This document shows positions 1-12,292 of a stretch of 64,000 nt of DNA, in pieces. The position numbers and the translations under genes are program-made. Origin of the DNA: Octopus vulgaris (taxonomy: Eukaryota); assembly GCA_951406725.2 (NCBI GenBank), contig OX597819.1, positions 134,974,001 through 135,038,000 on the forward strand, read 5' to 3'. The first letter of the stretch is position 1. Each line of letters opens with the position of its first letter. The notes beneath the pieces are model-generated. The model saw nothing but the letters and a program-made list of their open reading frames with translations, was not told the DNA's origin and made no database searches.

Positions 1-138
1 CAAGTATTGCAGAGGTTGACATAAAAGAAACAGTGGAAATGAACTGCTTTGTGGTCTCGGTACCAAATATAAATGCAACCTTCAAAGCATTTGTCTCTTT
101 AAAACCTTCTGTTGAATATAATATATCAAGTATCAGTT
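1..138 (+). CDS. TCTN2: Tectonic (TCTN2-like) exon, 5' partial: ..SIAEVDIKETVEMNCFVVSVPNINATFKAFVSLKPSVEYNISSIS
   Basis: Frame is open from position 3 to a GTAAGT donor at 139. The phase-1 end matches the phase-1 start of the exon at 5498. Confidence 0.65.
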
Positions 139-146
139 GTAAGTAT

Positions 147-358
147 TTCTTTTATTCTTTTGTTTTGACTACAGCCATGCTGGAGCACCACCTTTTAGTT
201 GAACAAATCAACCCCAGAAATTATTGTTTGTCAGCCTAGTACTTATTCTGTCGGTCTCTTTTGCCAAATTGCTAAGTTTTGTGGACGTAAGCACACCAAC
301 ATCGGTTGTCAAGTGATGGAGAGGGGACAAACATAGATATGCAAATACATACATGTAC

Positions 359-392
<34 letters not shown>

Positions 393-550
393 GATGGGCT
401 TCTTTCAGTTTCCATCTACCAAATCCACTCACAAGGCTTTGGTTGGCTCGAGGCTATAGTAGAAGACACTTGCCCAAGGTGCCATGCCGTGGGACTGAAC
501 CTGGAACCATGTGGTTGGGAAGCAAGCTTCTTACCACACAGTCCCCATGA
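147..550 (-). mobile_element. tRNA-derived SINE family A (octopus-type, internal (TA)n)
   Basis: Head with pol III-like boxes (TGTGTGGTAAG..GGTTCAGTCCC) and GTGCTCCAGCATGG tail. Homologous copies occur elsewhere in the window. Confidence 0.8.
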
Positions 551-597
551 ACTACCGTTATATCTGTTTGGTACATCACTGTGCTGTGTACTAAATT

Positions 598-2925
598 CAT
601 CATCATCATCGCTTAATGTCTGCTTTCCATGCTGGCATTGGTTGGAGAGTTTGACTTAGGTCTGGAGAGCCAGCAGCTGCACCAGGCTCCAATCTCATCT
701 GGCAAAGTTTCTACAGCTGGATGCCTGTCCTAACATCAGGCTGGGCATGTGACCTCCCCACGTCCGGCCGACTTGCGACCTTCCCCTGTGGAGGACAACA
801 GACCATGTCTTCCACATGGTACGATAAGAGGTCCACCGGATTTAGACCCAGTCAGCTGGTGCTTTTTATGCACCACTGGCACAGGAGCCAGTCAGGTCAG
901 CCTGGCAACGATCATGTTTGGATGGTGCACGGGAGCCAGTCAGGGGGCACCAACCCCAGCTACAATATTTGTTTTACTTGACTCAACAGGTCTTCTCAAG
1001 CATATCATATCACCCGACACATCAGGAGTATTTTTAACAGGGCTGAACGTGTGTGGCTGCCATCTCACTTTAGTTGCCAGGTTTTCTCAATCACAACATA
1101 TCTCCAAAGGTCCCAGCCTCCTGTCATTGCCTCTGTGAGGCCCAGTGTTCAAAGATCATGCTTCACCACCTCATCCTATGTTTTCCAGGATCTACCTCTT
1201 CTACAGGTTCCTTCTACAGTTAAGGAGTGGCACTTCCTCACACAGCTATCTTCATTCATACATAACACATGGCCATACCAGCACAGTCGCCTCTCTTGCA
1301 CACCACATTTGATGCTTCTTATGCCCAACTTTTCACTCAGAGTACTTACACTTTGTCGTGTGTGCACACTGACATTACACATCCAGCAGATCATACTAGC
1401 TTCATTTCTTTCAAGCCTACGCATGTCCTCAGCATTCATAGCCCATGTTTGCACCTCTTATGTGTCCATAGCTTACACCAGGTACATTTTATGGAGTTTC
1501 TACCCACACCTTTTCTACAGGTCAAGCAGAGTCATCTACCTGAAGGGGTTTGTGATTTGACAGCCTTCCTACTTACTAGGACTTTGATTTTTGCTAGATT
1601 GATTCTAAGGCCCTTCGATTCTAATCCTTGCTTCCACACTTGAAACTTCATCTCTAGTTCTGGTAGTGACTCAGCTATTAAAGCAAGGTCATCAGCATAG
1701 AGGAGCTCACAGGAACAGCCTGTCTTGAATTCCTCTGTTATTGCCTGGAGGACTGTGATGAATAAGAGGGGGCTGAGGACTGATTCTTGGTGGACTCCTA
1801 CCTCTACCCAGAATTTTTCACTATACTTGTTGTCAACTCTCACCTTACTGATAGCATCCCTGTACATGGCTTGTACAGCTCTTACGAACCACTGTTTCCT
1901 CATTGACCACCAGATAAGGGATTGGAGGACCCTATCAAAGGCTTTTTCCATGTCAATGAAAGCCTGGTACAGAGGTTTATCTTTGGCTCAGAATTTCTCC
2001 TACAGCTGCCTTACCAGAAATATAGCATCAGTGGTGCTTCTCCCTGGCACAAACCCAAACTGCACCTTTCTAAACTAACTCTCTCCCTAATTAGTTGGGC
2101 TTTGACCCTCTCTGTAACTTTCATTACCTGATCCAACAACTTGATACCTCTGTAATTATTTGTATCTAGGGCATCACCTTTACCTTTGTAGCAGTTGACT
2201 ATTATGCTGCTACACCAGTCATTGGGTATGACTCCTTCCAGTATCTCCTGATTGACTACACGGGTGACAAGACTATAGCCTACACCGCCAGATATTTTAA
2301 GCATCTCTATGGTGATTCCTGATGGGCCAGTGGCTTTCCCTGTTTTCATACTCTTAATTGCTTTATCTACCAAGGCACTGTCAATTCAGATAGCTGTTCC
2401 CTCTGTTGGGTCGACATTTGGCAGACTCTCTTTCTCCCATTCATTCTCTTTATTGAGCAACCCTTCATAGTGGTGTCTCCAAACCTCTCTCTTTGCAGCC
2501 TTGTTAAGTGCAAGTGAGCCTTCATCTATGCGAACACATTTCTCTCTTGTGACATCACGATTCTCTCTCACACACTGTCTTGTAACACGAAACACTTCAA
2601 GTGTTTGGTCTTCATGATGCAGAACATTGGCAAATTTTTTTCTTATCTACTTCCCCTCTGGCAGTCTGATACAATTCTCTGCTACCACCATTCTTCCAGT
2701 CCTTCCATGCCTGTTTCTTTTCCCTAATGGCCCTGTCAACTACATTGTTCCACCACCACATTACCTTGCATCAAGAGGGGATTTTGCACCATCCACAGAT
2801 CTGGTCTGTAGCCCTCAACAGGTTTTCTCATAGGAACCTCAAGTTGTCGTCCACATCATGTGATGCTATATCCTCCTCTATTTCATCAAAAGCTTCGAGT
2901 TAAGAGGGAAAATCCACAGATTCTT
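598..2925 (-). mobile_element. RTE-clade LINE, 5'-truncated and decayed
   Basis: (CAT)n tail at 598. RT fragments KAFD, LLYADDL, NYRGIKLL. Confidence 0.92.
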
Positions 2926-2937
2926 ATGCAAGCAATT

Positions 2938-5320
2938 TCATTATCATCTGCTTTCCATGCTGGCATGGGTTGGACGGTTTGACTGAGGACTGGCGGGCCA
3001 GATGGCTGGACCAGGCTCCAATCTGATCTGGCAGAGTTTCTACAGCTGGATGCCCTTCCTAATGCCAACCAATCCAAGAGTGTAGGGGGTGCTTTTATGT
3101 GCCACCGGCACAAGGGCCAGTCAGGCGATACTGCTGACGGCCATGCTCAAATGGTGATTTATACAGGACCCTGTCCAGCGCCACTAACAACGAAATCGCT
3201 CGAATGTTGTCTTTCACATGCCACCAGTACAAGTGCCACTAAGGCAGGGCTAGTAACGATCACGCTCAAATGGTGCTTTTTATGTGCCACCAGCACAGGA
3301 GCCAGTCAGCCGCCCTGGCAACAATCACGCCCGGATGGTGCTCTTAGCGTTCCACTAGCACAGATGCCAGTCAAATGGTGCTGTTATTGAATTTGATTTC
3401 GATTTCACTTGCCTCAACAGGTCTTCTCAAGCAGAGTTTAGTGGCCAATGAAGGAAAGGTATGCATAAGTGGGCTGGTTACGCTCCTGGCTTAGGCCATG
3501 GGTTATGGTCTCACTTGGCTTGCCTGGTCTTCTTAAGTACAGCATATTTCCAAAGATCTCAGTCACTAGTCATTGCCTTGGTGAGGCCTAATGTTCAAAG
3601 GTTGTGCTTCACCACCTCATCCCAGGTCTTCCTGGGTCTACCTCTTCCACAGGTTCCCTAAACTGCTAGAGTGTGCCACTTTTTCACACAGCTATCCTCA
3701 TCCATTCTTGCCACATGACCATACCAGCGCAGTCATCTCTCTTGCACACCACATCTAATGCTTCTTGAGTCCAACTTTTCTCTCAAGGTACTTACACTCT
3801 GTTGAGTATGCACACTGACATTACACATCCAACGGAGCATACTGGCTTCATTCTTTGCGAGCTTACGCATGTCCTCAGCAGTCACGACCCATGTTTCACT
3901 GCCATGTAGCATGGCTGTTCGTACACACGCGTCATACAGTCTACCTTTTACTCTGAGCGAGAGGCCCTTTGTCACCAGCAGAGGTAAGAGCTCTCTGAAC
4001 TTTGCCCAGGCTATTCTTATTCTAGCAGCTACACTTTCAGTGCCCCCCCCCCCCCCCGCTACTGAGTTGGTCACCTAAGTAACAGAAGCTATCAATTACT
4101 TCTAGTTTTTCTCCCTGGAATGTGGCGGAAGTTGTTCTCTGCACATTTTCAGTGTTTATTGCTCCTGAGCATCTGCCACATACAAAAACTATCTTCCCAG
4201 TTAGCCTTCCTTTGATATCACTGCACCTCTTATGTGTTCATAGCTTACACTGGGTATATCTTATAGAGTTTCTACCTACGCCTTTTCTACAGATCAAGCA
4301 GGGCCATCTACCTAAAGGGATTTGTGGTTTGTCTACTTTCCTACTTATTAGGACTTTGGTTTTAGCTAGGTCGACTCTAAGGCCCATCGATTCCAATCCT
4401 TGCTTCCACACCTGAAACTTCTCCTCTAGTTCTGATAGTGACTCGGCAATTAGAGCAAGGTCATCAGCATAGAGAAGCTCCCAGGGGCATCCTGTCTTGA
4501 ATTCCTCTGTTATTGTCTGGAGTACTATGATAAATAGGAGGGGGCTGAGGACTGAACCTCTACCCGGAATTCTTCACTGTACTCGTTGCCAACCCTCGCC
4601 TTACTGACAGCGTCCCTGTACATGGCTTGCACGGCTCTCACTAACCATTCATCTATCTCTAGTTTCCTCATTGACCACCAGATAAGGGATTGGGAGACCT
4701 TGTCAGAGGCTTTCTCCATGTCAACGAAAGCCAGGTACAAGGGCTTATCTTTGGCTATGTATTTCTCCTGCAGCTGCCTTACCAGGAATATAGCTTCAGT
4801 GGTGCTTTTCCCTGGCACGAACCTAAACTGCATCTCATCTAAACTGACTCTCTCCCAAATTAGTTGGGCTACGACTCTCTCTGTGACCTTCATTACCTGA
4901 TCCAACAACTTGATACCTCTGTAATTATTTGTATCTAATGCATCACCTTTACCTTTGTAGCAATTGACTATAGTGCTGCTACACCAGTCATTGGGTATGA
5001 CTCCTTCCTGTATCACCTGGTTAACTATGTGGGTGACTAGGCTATAGCCGACACCACCAGATATTTTAAGCATCTTTGCGGTGATTCCTGATGAGCTGGG
5101 GGCTTTCCCTGTCTTCATACTCTTAATTGCTTTATCTACCAAGGTACTGTCAATTCGGATAGCTGGTCCCTCTGTTGGGTCAACATTTGGCAGACTCCTT
5201 TTCCCCATACATTGTCTTTATTGAGCAACCTTTCATAATGACATCTCCAAACCTCTCTCTCTCTTTGCAGCCTCGTTTAGTACAACCATCAGCCATGCAG
5301 ACACATTTCTCTCTTTCATG
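2938..5320 (-). mobile_element. RTE-clade LINE, 5'-truncated and decayed
   Basis: Same 3' UTR as the other copies. RT ORF fragments 3733-4074 and 4525-5208. Confidence 0.92.
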
Positions 5321-5497
5321 TGTTAACAAAATTTCATTTGAAGTCATTAATGCAATGATTTTAATAAGATTTCTTTTAAAGTCCTTTGTATCATTACTTT
5401 TAATACTAATTTTACAACGTCTTGAAATAGTGACCTCAAGGATGCTCAGACTAGCTTACCTTTTGCTTTCTTTCAATTTGTTTGTTTTATTTTCTAG

Positions 5498-5610
5498 TAC
5501 AACTAGAAGCACATGCGTTAAACAATATCGACCCTCTAAGTAAGAACTTTGTGCCATGTTCTTGTGATTTGAAAGTGATGATGTGTGACATCAATTGTTG
5601 CTGTGATTCT
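5498..5610 (+). CDS. TCTN2: Tectonic exon with the Cys-rich signature PCSCDLKVMMCDINCCCDS
   Basis: Polypyrimidine tract plus TAG acceptor, GTAAGT donor. Tectonic N-terminal motif CxCDL..CDxNCCCDxDC is completed by the next exon (DC). Confidence 0.92.
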
Positions 5611-6774
5611 GTAAGTTATTGGGATTTTCTGTGATGGTCTAATCCAGAAATTCAATTATTTTTATTTAATTTTGAAATTTACTTTTCATTAAAACTTATT
5701 TTACCATTTTAAGGCAAGACTAATACCTCAGATTTCAGATAGCAAAATCTCAGGAAAATAGCAAAAGATATGCTTCTGGGCGTTATTAGACTGTGCAAAA
5801 CTGAAAATATTTCACCAAAATGTGGATATTATCTTTGTGTAGTTGGACATTGTAAAATCAACCATTTTCAGTGTTTTTCTCAAAATGACATTTCTGACTA
5901 TGAGTAGCAATCTTTAGGTCACAATATCTCCAAGAATAATTGATGTAACAGGCTGAAAGTTTGCAGGTGTATTAGTTGGATACTTGCCTAGATGCTGTTC
6001 TAGTGTGATTAGATTCACTTCATTTGTTCAGCTTCCAGAAACACTTGAATGCTACTGCCCAGGTGTCAAAAACGCTTGAACGGCTGCATTTGGCTATGAG
6101 CAACTCAATGACGAAACCTAGGTCAAATTCATGAATGTCTTTGATTCAGCATCTCGTCTACACCCCAATCCGTTAGCATTCCAAGTTAGAGCATACTATC
6201 TTTGATAGTTTGTCGGTCATTTTGAATTTATAATTAAATCATGAATATATAATGTGGAAATGTGAATATTATGTCTTTAGATAGAACTAACAGTGTTCTT
6301 GATGTATGCCATATTTGGTTTGCCTGGGTTTTGTTCCCCCTGAGTGAGAGCATCTCCAATTCAGGAGTGTTTTCCTACGTCTGAGGTGTTAGTCATGCCT
6401 TAGAGGATTGGATTGGGTGAGTGGGCCAGGGGTGGGGGATGTATAGGGGGGAGTTTCATAAGAGTGTGACGACAAGATGGATGGTGAGGGAAATAGGTGC
6501 GGCCGTGCAGTGTTGATTATGGTAAAAGGCATTGAGAGTGACAGCAGACAAATGGAGTTAAAGACGGAGTGCAGTAGAGGAGAGAGAACAATGGCTGAAG
6601 GCGCAGGAAAAAGATGTTTAGTAGAAACAGCAGGCAGGGAAGCTAAGGAGACATGGGAGATTTAGTGATACAGATTTCACTTATTGATATAAAATATGTA
6701 TTGAAAATGTAAATTTTTTTCATTAACAACAAACAATATGAATATTTTAATGGTTTTTCTGTTTTCTTTTAAAG

Positions 6775-7013
6775 GATTGCCAAGATTTCCAAGAATTAAA
6801 CTTTAATCAGTGTCCTAAAGAAGATATGGAGAAAATTCTCTTGGCTCACTTATGTGAAACACAAATGTCCTTGAACATAGGTTTTGATTTAAATTCTTGG
6901 TTCTGTGTTGAGAGGAAAGATAATGCTTTCCTTGGTATATACTACAGCAACCATCCGGTTATTCTTAATCCCACATCTTTCAGAGAAATATGGTCTGAGA
7001 CTTATTCTTACAG
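6775..7013 (+). CDS. TCTN2: Tectonic exon DCQDFQELNFNQCPKED...SWFCVERKDNAFLGIYYSNHP...TYSYR
   Basis: ttttaaag acceptor, AG|gtacct donor, phase 0 to 2. Carries the Tectonic FCV...N.FLG.YY motif. Confidence 0.9.
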
Positions 7014-7035
7014 GTACCTATTCCTTCATTGTCAA

Positions 7036-7410
7036 ATCATCATCATTTAACATCCATTTTCCATGCTGGCATGGATTGGTTGGCTTGACAGGAACTGGTA
7101 AGGCCAGGGCCCCAAGTTCCATAGTTTGTTTTGGCTTAGTTTTTACAGCTGGATGCCCTTCCTAATGCCAACCACTCCACAGAGTGTACGGGGTACATTT
7201 TATATGACACCATCACAGATGCTTTTTTACATGGCACCTTGGTTTTAGGACCTCAATTCTGTTGTGGTGGATGGGTCTTCTCAAGTACAGCAATGCATCA
7301 CATGTCTCAGTTCCCTGTGACCCCTTTCATAGGGTTCAGTGTTTTCAGATTGGTCTTCAAAACTTCATCCCATGTCTTCCTCAGTCTCCCTCTTCCCTTC
7401 ACTTCAAGTG
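7036..7410 (-). mobile_element. RTE 3' fragment
   Basis: (CAT)n tail and CCATGCTGGCATGG 3' motif. Confidence 0.8.
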
Positions 7411-7814
7411 AGGGAAATAATTAATGTAAATTTTGATATTATTTTTGATATCCACTAAATTTTACAATGCCTTATTCTTGCTGCTGTTACATAAAATTCT
7501 AATTAAAGGAAGGAAAGGACACATCAGATATGATTCTCCTCATCAGAATTGACCTAGGGCTAAAAAGCAGCAAGGTCAACTTCTTACTCCCTCTGTGTGT
7601 GTGTGTGAGCACATGCTACCTCTTCTATCTACCCTTTTCCCACTACTGCAAGGGTCTCTGCTCATCATACCTGATTCATCTCTCCCCTCACTAGAGCTTA
7701 TGCAGTTGAATTTGGTGATTCAATCTCTTGCTGCTCACTCTCTCAATGTGTACAGTCTTTCAGCCGACAAGAAGCTGAATGGAATAATTTGGTTAGGCCA
7801 TTCAGAAATATTCT

Positions 7815-8025
7815 TTTCTACTCTAGGCAGAAGGACCAAAATTTCTGAGAGGGGACTAGTCAATTAAATCAACCTCAGTATGCAACTGGTACTTAATTTA
7901 TCAACCCCGAAAGGATGAAAGGCAAAGTTAACCTCAGTGGAATTTGAACTCAGAACGTAATGACAGACAAAATACCACTGAGCATTTTGCCCGGCATGTT
8001 AGCGTTTCTGCCAGCTCACCGCCTT
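7815..8025 (-). mobile_element. SINE family B (GGCGGTGAGCTGGCAGAA head, CCTTTCATCCTTTCGGGG core)
   Basis: Homologous to the copies at 19748, 29320 and 47710. Confidence 0.75.
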
Positions 8026-8642
8026 GGGCATTCAGAAAGATTAAGCACAAAACAAGTTGATTCATTTAGCCATCACACCAGTAGCTTTGAAAACCTTCTA
8101 AAGGATCAGATATCCATTTATGACATCCACATTTGTCAACAAAATAATAAATCTACATGACAACATATAGTACAACCCACTCCAAATTCCTGTCAGACAA
8201 CTACTAAAACTTCCAAAAATACAAGTCCAACTCTTGCAATATAACTAACAACAAGGCATAATTTCCAGCCTCCTAAATATATATTGTATTAGGGTTGAAT
8301 GCCTAGCAATACATAAGCCATATATTACCTTAAAGGGCCAAAAATGAACTAAGCTTACACAAAATTGTTACAACTCTATAATAAAGCGATTTGATGGCAT
8401 AGAAAAGAAGGCAAGTTCAACACAGTGGAATTTTACTCAAAAATTTCTATATCTCTTCCTCCAAAAAATTTTGGAATTTGCTGAAGCGTTCACTATTATT
8501 AGTAACACCAGCAAAATAATGAACTACAGTCAGTTGCTCTTCGTTTATAACATCTCTTCCTAGATGGGAAAAAAGGTGAGAAACTTTAACTTTCCTATTG
8601 GTAGCTTTAAGGGGCTGAAATCTTTAAACTAGATGATTCATA

Positions 8643-8960
8643 TCATCATCATCGTTTAACATCTGCTTTCCATGCTAGCATGGGTTGGACGATTTGACTG
8701 AGGACTGGTGAACCAGATGGCTGCACCAGGCTCCAATCTTGATCTGGCAGAGTTTCTACAGCTGGATGCCCTTCCTAACGCCAACCATTCCGAGAGTGTG
8801 GTGGGTGCTTTTACGTGTCACCAGCATGGGGGCCAGTCAGGCAGTACTGGCAACGACCTCGCTCGAATGTTTTTTCATGTGCCAGTAAGGCGATGCTGGT
8901 AACGATCACGCTCGAATGGTGCCTTTTATGTGCCACCGGCATGGAAGCCAGTTAGCCGCT
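8643..8960 (-). mobile_element. RTE 3' UTR fragment
   Basis: (CAT)n tail and conserved 3' UTR. Confidence 0.85.
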
Positions 8961-9839
8961 CGAGATAATCTTAAAAGAGACCAAAAATTGCTCCCAGCAG
9001 AGGATTATATAGGAGGGATGAACTGACAATCTTACCCTACCTGAATGGCCTTAGTTTGTACACCTTTAGGAAAGCATTGGCTTCTAGCTCCTTGTTGAGA
9101 ATTTAGGTGAAAAGCTCAGTCCTGTATTGACAGAGCAGAAAATACCTGAGAAATGGTTTATTTAAATGCTGATTGTGTATTTACTTGTGGTCAGATTATT
9201 GTGAAAATTGGACAGGTTTAGTTGTTTTTGCTTTGTTTTTTAATGTAGATAGACATTTGTGCCAAAAATAATGGTGTGCATGCGTGTTTGTTAATTACAT
9301 AATAATTAAAATCAGCTACACTCAAAAAAGATTAAAATATGTTGGTAATAAATGTAATTCGTAAGAAACAAAAATCCCCCAAAAAGTTTTTTCTGAACTT
9401 TTTGCAGTTTGTTCTAAGCAAGTTGAGTTACTTCGTTGCAAAACAACAGATGCAGGTCTTCATGGATTTTAATGCGTGTCAAAACAAAGATGTCTGCTTC
9501 TTGTGGTTCTACATCCAAATTAATTTGTTGAGTAATTGCATTGATTAAAACTCAGTGGGAAATGGTGGGGGGAAAAATACCTTCACAAGTCCAAAAGGTA
9601 TTTTTGGACCAGCAGCAGTGTCTGACCAGTCTTCAAGTATTATTTCATCCAAGTCACTTGATATATAATCAGACAGATATATATATATATATATCAGACA
9701 TCAAAGTTTGCACTGAAGAAACAGTTATATTGCTTCGGCTATTATTCCAAAAGCTATATCTGCCATTAATGTATCAATGGAATCATTGCACAAGTTGTTG
9801 CTCAAAGAATGATTTATTTCTATCCTTGTTTCACTCATT

Positions 9840-10165
9840 GGACTTCAGCCATATTGTAAAGAGTTTAGTTTAACAACTCACCCCTGGTACTAATTTTTAA
9901 GCCTGGTATTTTTTCTATTGGTCTCTTTTGCTGAACTTCTAAGTTATGGGGACATGAACAAACCAGCACTGGTTGTCAAGTGGTGCTGATGGGGGACAAG
10001 CACAGACACAGATACATATGACAGGCTTCTTTCACTTTCCATCCACTGACAAGACTTTGGTCAGCCCAGAGTTGTAGTAGAAGTTATTTGCCCAAGATGC
10101 TGTGTAGTGGGACTGAACCCAAAACCACATGATTGGGAAGCAAGCTTCTTACTCACACAGCTACA
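9840..10165 (-). mobile_element. SINE family A
   Basis: Homologous to 147-550. Confidence 0.75.
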
Positions 10166-10169
10166 CTTG

Positions 10170-10790
10170 AAAGTTTCAATAAAGACAACTCCAGGAAAAA
10201 TCAACATAAATCCAGAGACATGGGTTGATGTTAACAAAGTAAATAAGAGATGAAAAATTCTGCGTTAGGATCGAGAGCTCATAACTTCTTTAAAATGATT
10301 GTAAAGAAGAATGGTTCATGTATGGCCAGCTAGTACAGGACTGACAAATACAGTGTCATGCAAATTTGTCATACACAATATTAAGGGATCAAAGATGACC
10401 ATCAGCCTAAGAACCATGAATATTATGCCATAACTTATGGGCAAGCACTACATCTACAAAATACTAAAAGAAAGTGTAATAAATTTAAATTAAAGGTCCA
10501 ACTATCTCTCCACAATCATAAAATATTTAGTTCTTAACAGGAGGAAAGTATCTAACCCATATTGATGCATGATACGTGGTTTCAAAGAAAAACTAAGATA
10601 CATGAAAGAAGCCCAAATCTCAATACAAGAGAACTCGGAAAAAATATTTCTTCTAGTTTAACACTCCCCACACGTACAGCAAGAGAATAGCATAGAATGT
10701 GGCTAGCTAAAAAGATTTCCCATCCTTCATGAGAAAAGTCTCTTGCAACACAAATATTATGAACTTTTCAATAAGAATAGCTTGAAACGT
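10170..10790 (+). mobile_element. Highly decayed Penelope-like element fragment
   Basis: Broken-frame translation resembles the PLE motif FNPPYSK..NV....H..Y.LFNKN. Confidence 0.4.
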
Positions 10791-11318
10791 GATCCGTGTT
10801 GTAGACATGGAAACATTCCATCAACCCAACTGGCAGAATGTTATTTCAGTCTCAAAATGTTTTGCCTCACTTCATGGTAACTCTCTCAGAAATGTGCTTA
10901 CATACAGAACTAAATGAATATCTGCTGGAGGACATTGAGAATGAAACATATATACAGTTCCTTCCTTCTTTTATGGAAAGGTAGAATTCACTTCCTTACA
11001 TTTGGAAATTGATGGACAATCTCAATTCTTACATGTTGATGCATTACTGAGACTGAAACTCTAAATTCTAATGGAGTGAAAACACAATTTGTCTAGCTGA
11101 GGCATTTTGATGCAACCTTTAACATGTTGAACAAATTTTTCCTTATGGTTTTCTCTCTCTCTCTCTCTCTCTCTCCCTCTCCCTCCCCCGTCTCCCTCTC
11201 TCTCTGCTGACTTATAAACCAAGTTTATATTTTGGAAATATGCATTAAACAAAAACTGAGTTATAAACCATTGCATTTTTGCTGGCTTGTATAATTGTCT
11301 TCCTTTGTCTGTTTACAG

Positions 11319-12064
11319 AGAAAAAAATACTCCTCAAAGTTCTTTGAATGAAGGAAATGGAAATCTGATAACTAATGGTCATCCCTCAGCAACTAATTAT
11401 TTGCCTCAAAAGATATTTAGTGGTCAATGCATTACATCAGCTCCTCTCCCTTTCCTTGTAAATATAACTTCTGATTGCACTTCTTACATAGACAATGACA
11501 TCTGTTCAAAAAGTTCTGTATTGAGTGCTACGTCTTATGTTCTGCCAACCTCACTAATTGACTCAAATTGTGTTTCACCTTCGAATAATGTTCTTACTGA
11601 TGTTAATTACTTCTGTGCTAAAAATGTAAATTTCTATGTAAAAACCGATAACACTGCAGTCAATGATTGGAAAGAAGACTTCAATAAATCTGTAAATAAA
11701 AACAAACTTTTTGAAACCCGTTGTTCTTGGGATGACAGTTATACAAAACCCCCTGTTCCTACTGTTAGAAAAAGGCAAAATGAAGTATTTTGTGATAATG
11801 TTGTCCTTCACGTTAATTATCAGTTTACATGGAACAAAACAGGAATTACTTTCTTAAATGTATCAATTATTCTCGGAAATGTTTCTATATCCAAAATTAA
11901 TCAAAGCATGGAAGAAAGAAATGTATCTAAAACCGGATCAAATAATAATAACACCTGCCTAAATGAAAGCATCACTCATTTAACACAGCATTTTAAAGTG
12001 TCTTACCTTAACGATTATAACCAATCTGAGAGTAAACCTGAAAACAGTGAATCAGAAAATCCAG
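11319..12064 (+). CDS. TCTN2: Large (746 nt) Tectonic exon: ..YLPQKIFSGQCITSAPLPFL..FCDNVVLHVNYQFTW..LTQHFKVSY..SENP
   Basis: Lies within ORF 11287-12087. tttacag acceptor, CAG|gtaagt donor, phase 2 to 1. Tectonic motifs GQC...AP..FL and C.NVVL...Y.F.W. Confidence 0.9.
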
Positions 12065-12292
12065 GTAAGTTAGATTTAATTCATTAAAGCATTTTAGCAT
12101 CCATATTCTGTGCTTGAGCCAGGTGTGTGGGTTGGAATGACTGGATGCAGGAATTTTGCACCTGATTTTGATTATGACTTAAAAGTATAAGTTTAACACT
12201 TTGGAAAGTAAAGGCAAAGGCATGAGATAAGTAGGTTGTTTGGATGTGGATGATTTGGCATTGCTGACTGGACATTTGGGTCCTGCAGTCAA

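Noticed and set aside
9705-9765. Third hammerhead-like motif (GCA-CTGAAGA...TC-TGC)
   Set aside because: The GAAA box and helices II and III are too degraded to support a call.
10805-10876. Possible extra Tectonic exon (tgtag|ACATGG...TCATG|gtaact)
   Set aside because: Weak polypyrimidine tract, no Tectonic motif, and it would create a TGA at the next junction. Exons 7013 and 11319 already join in frame.
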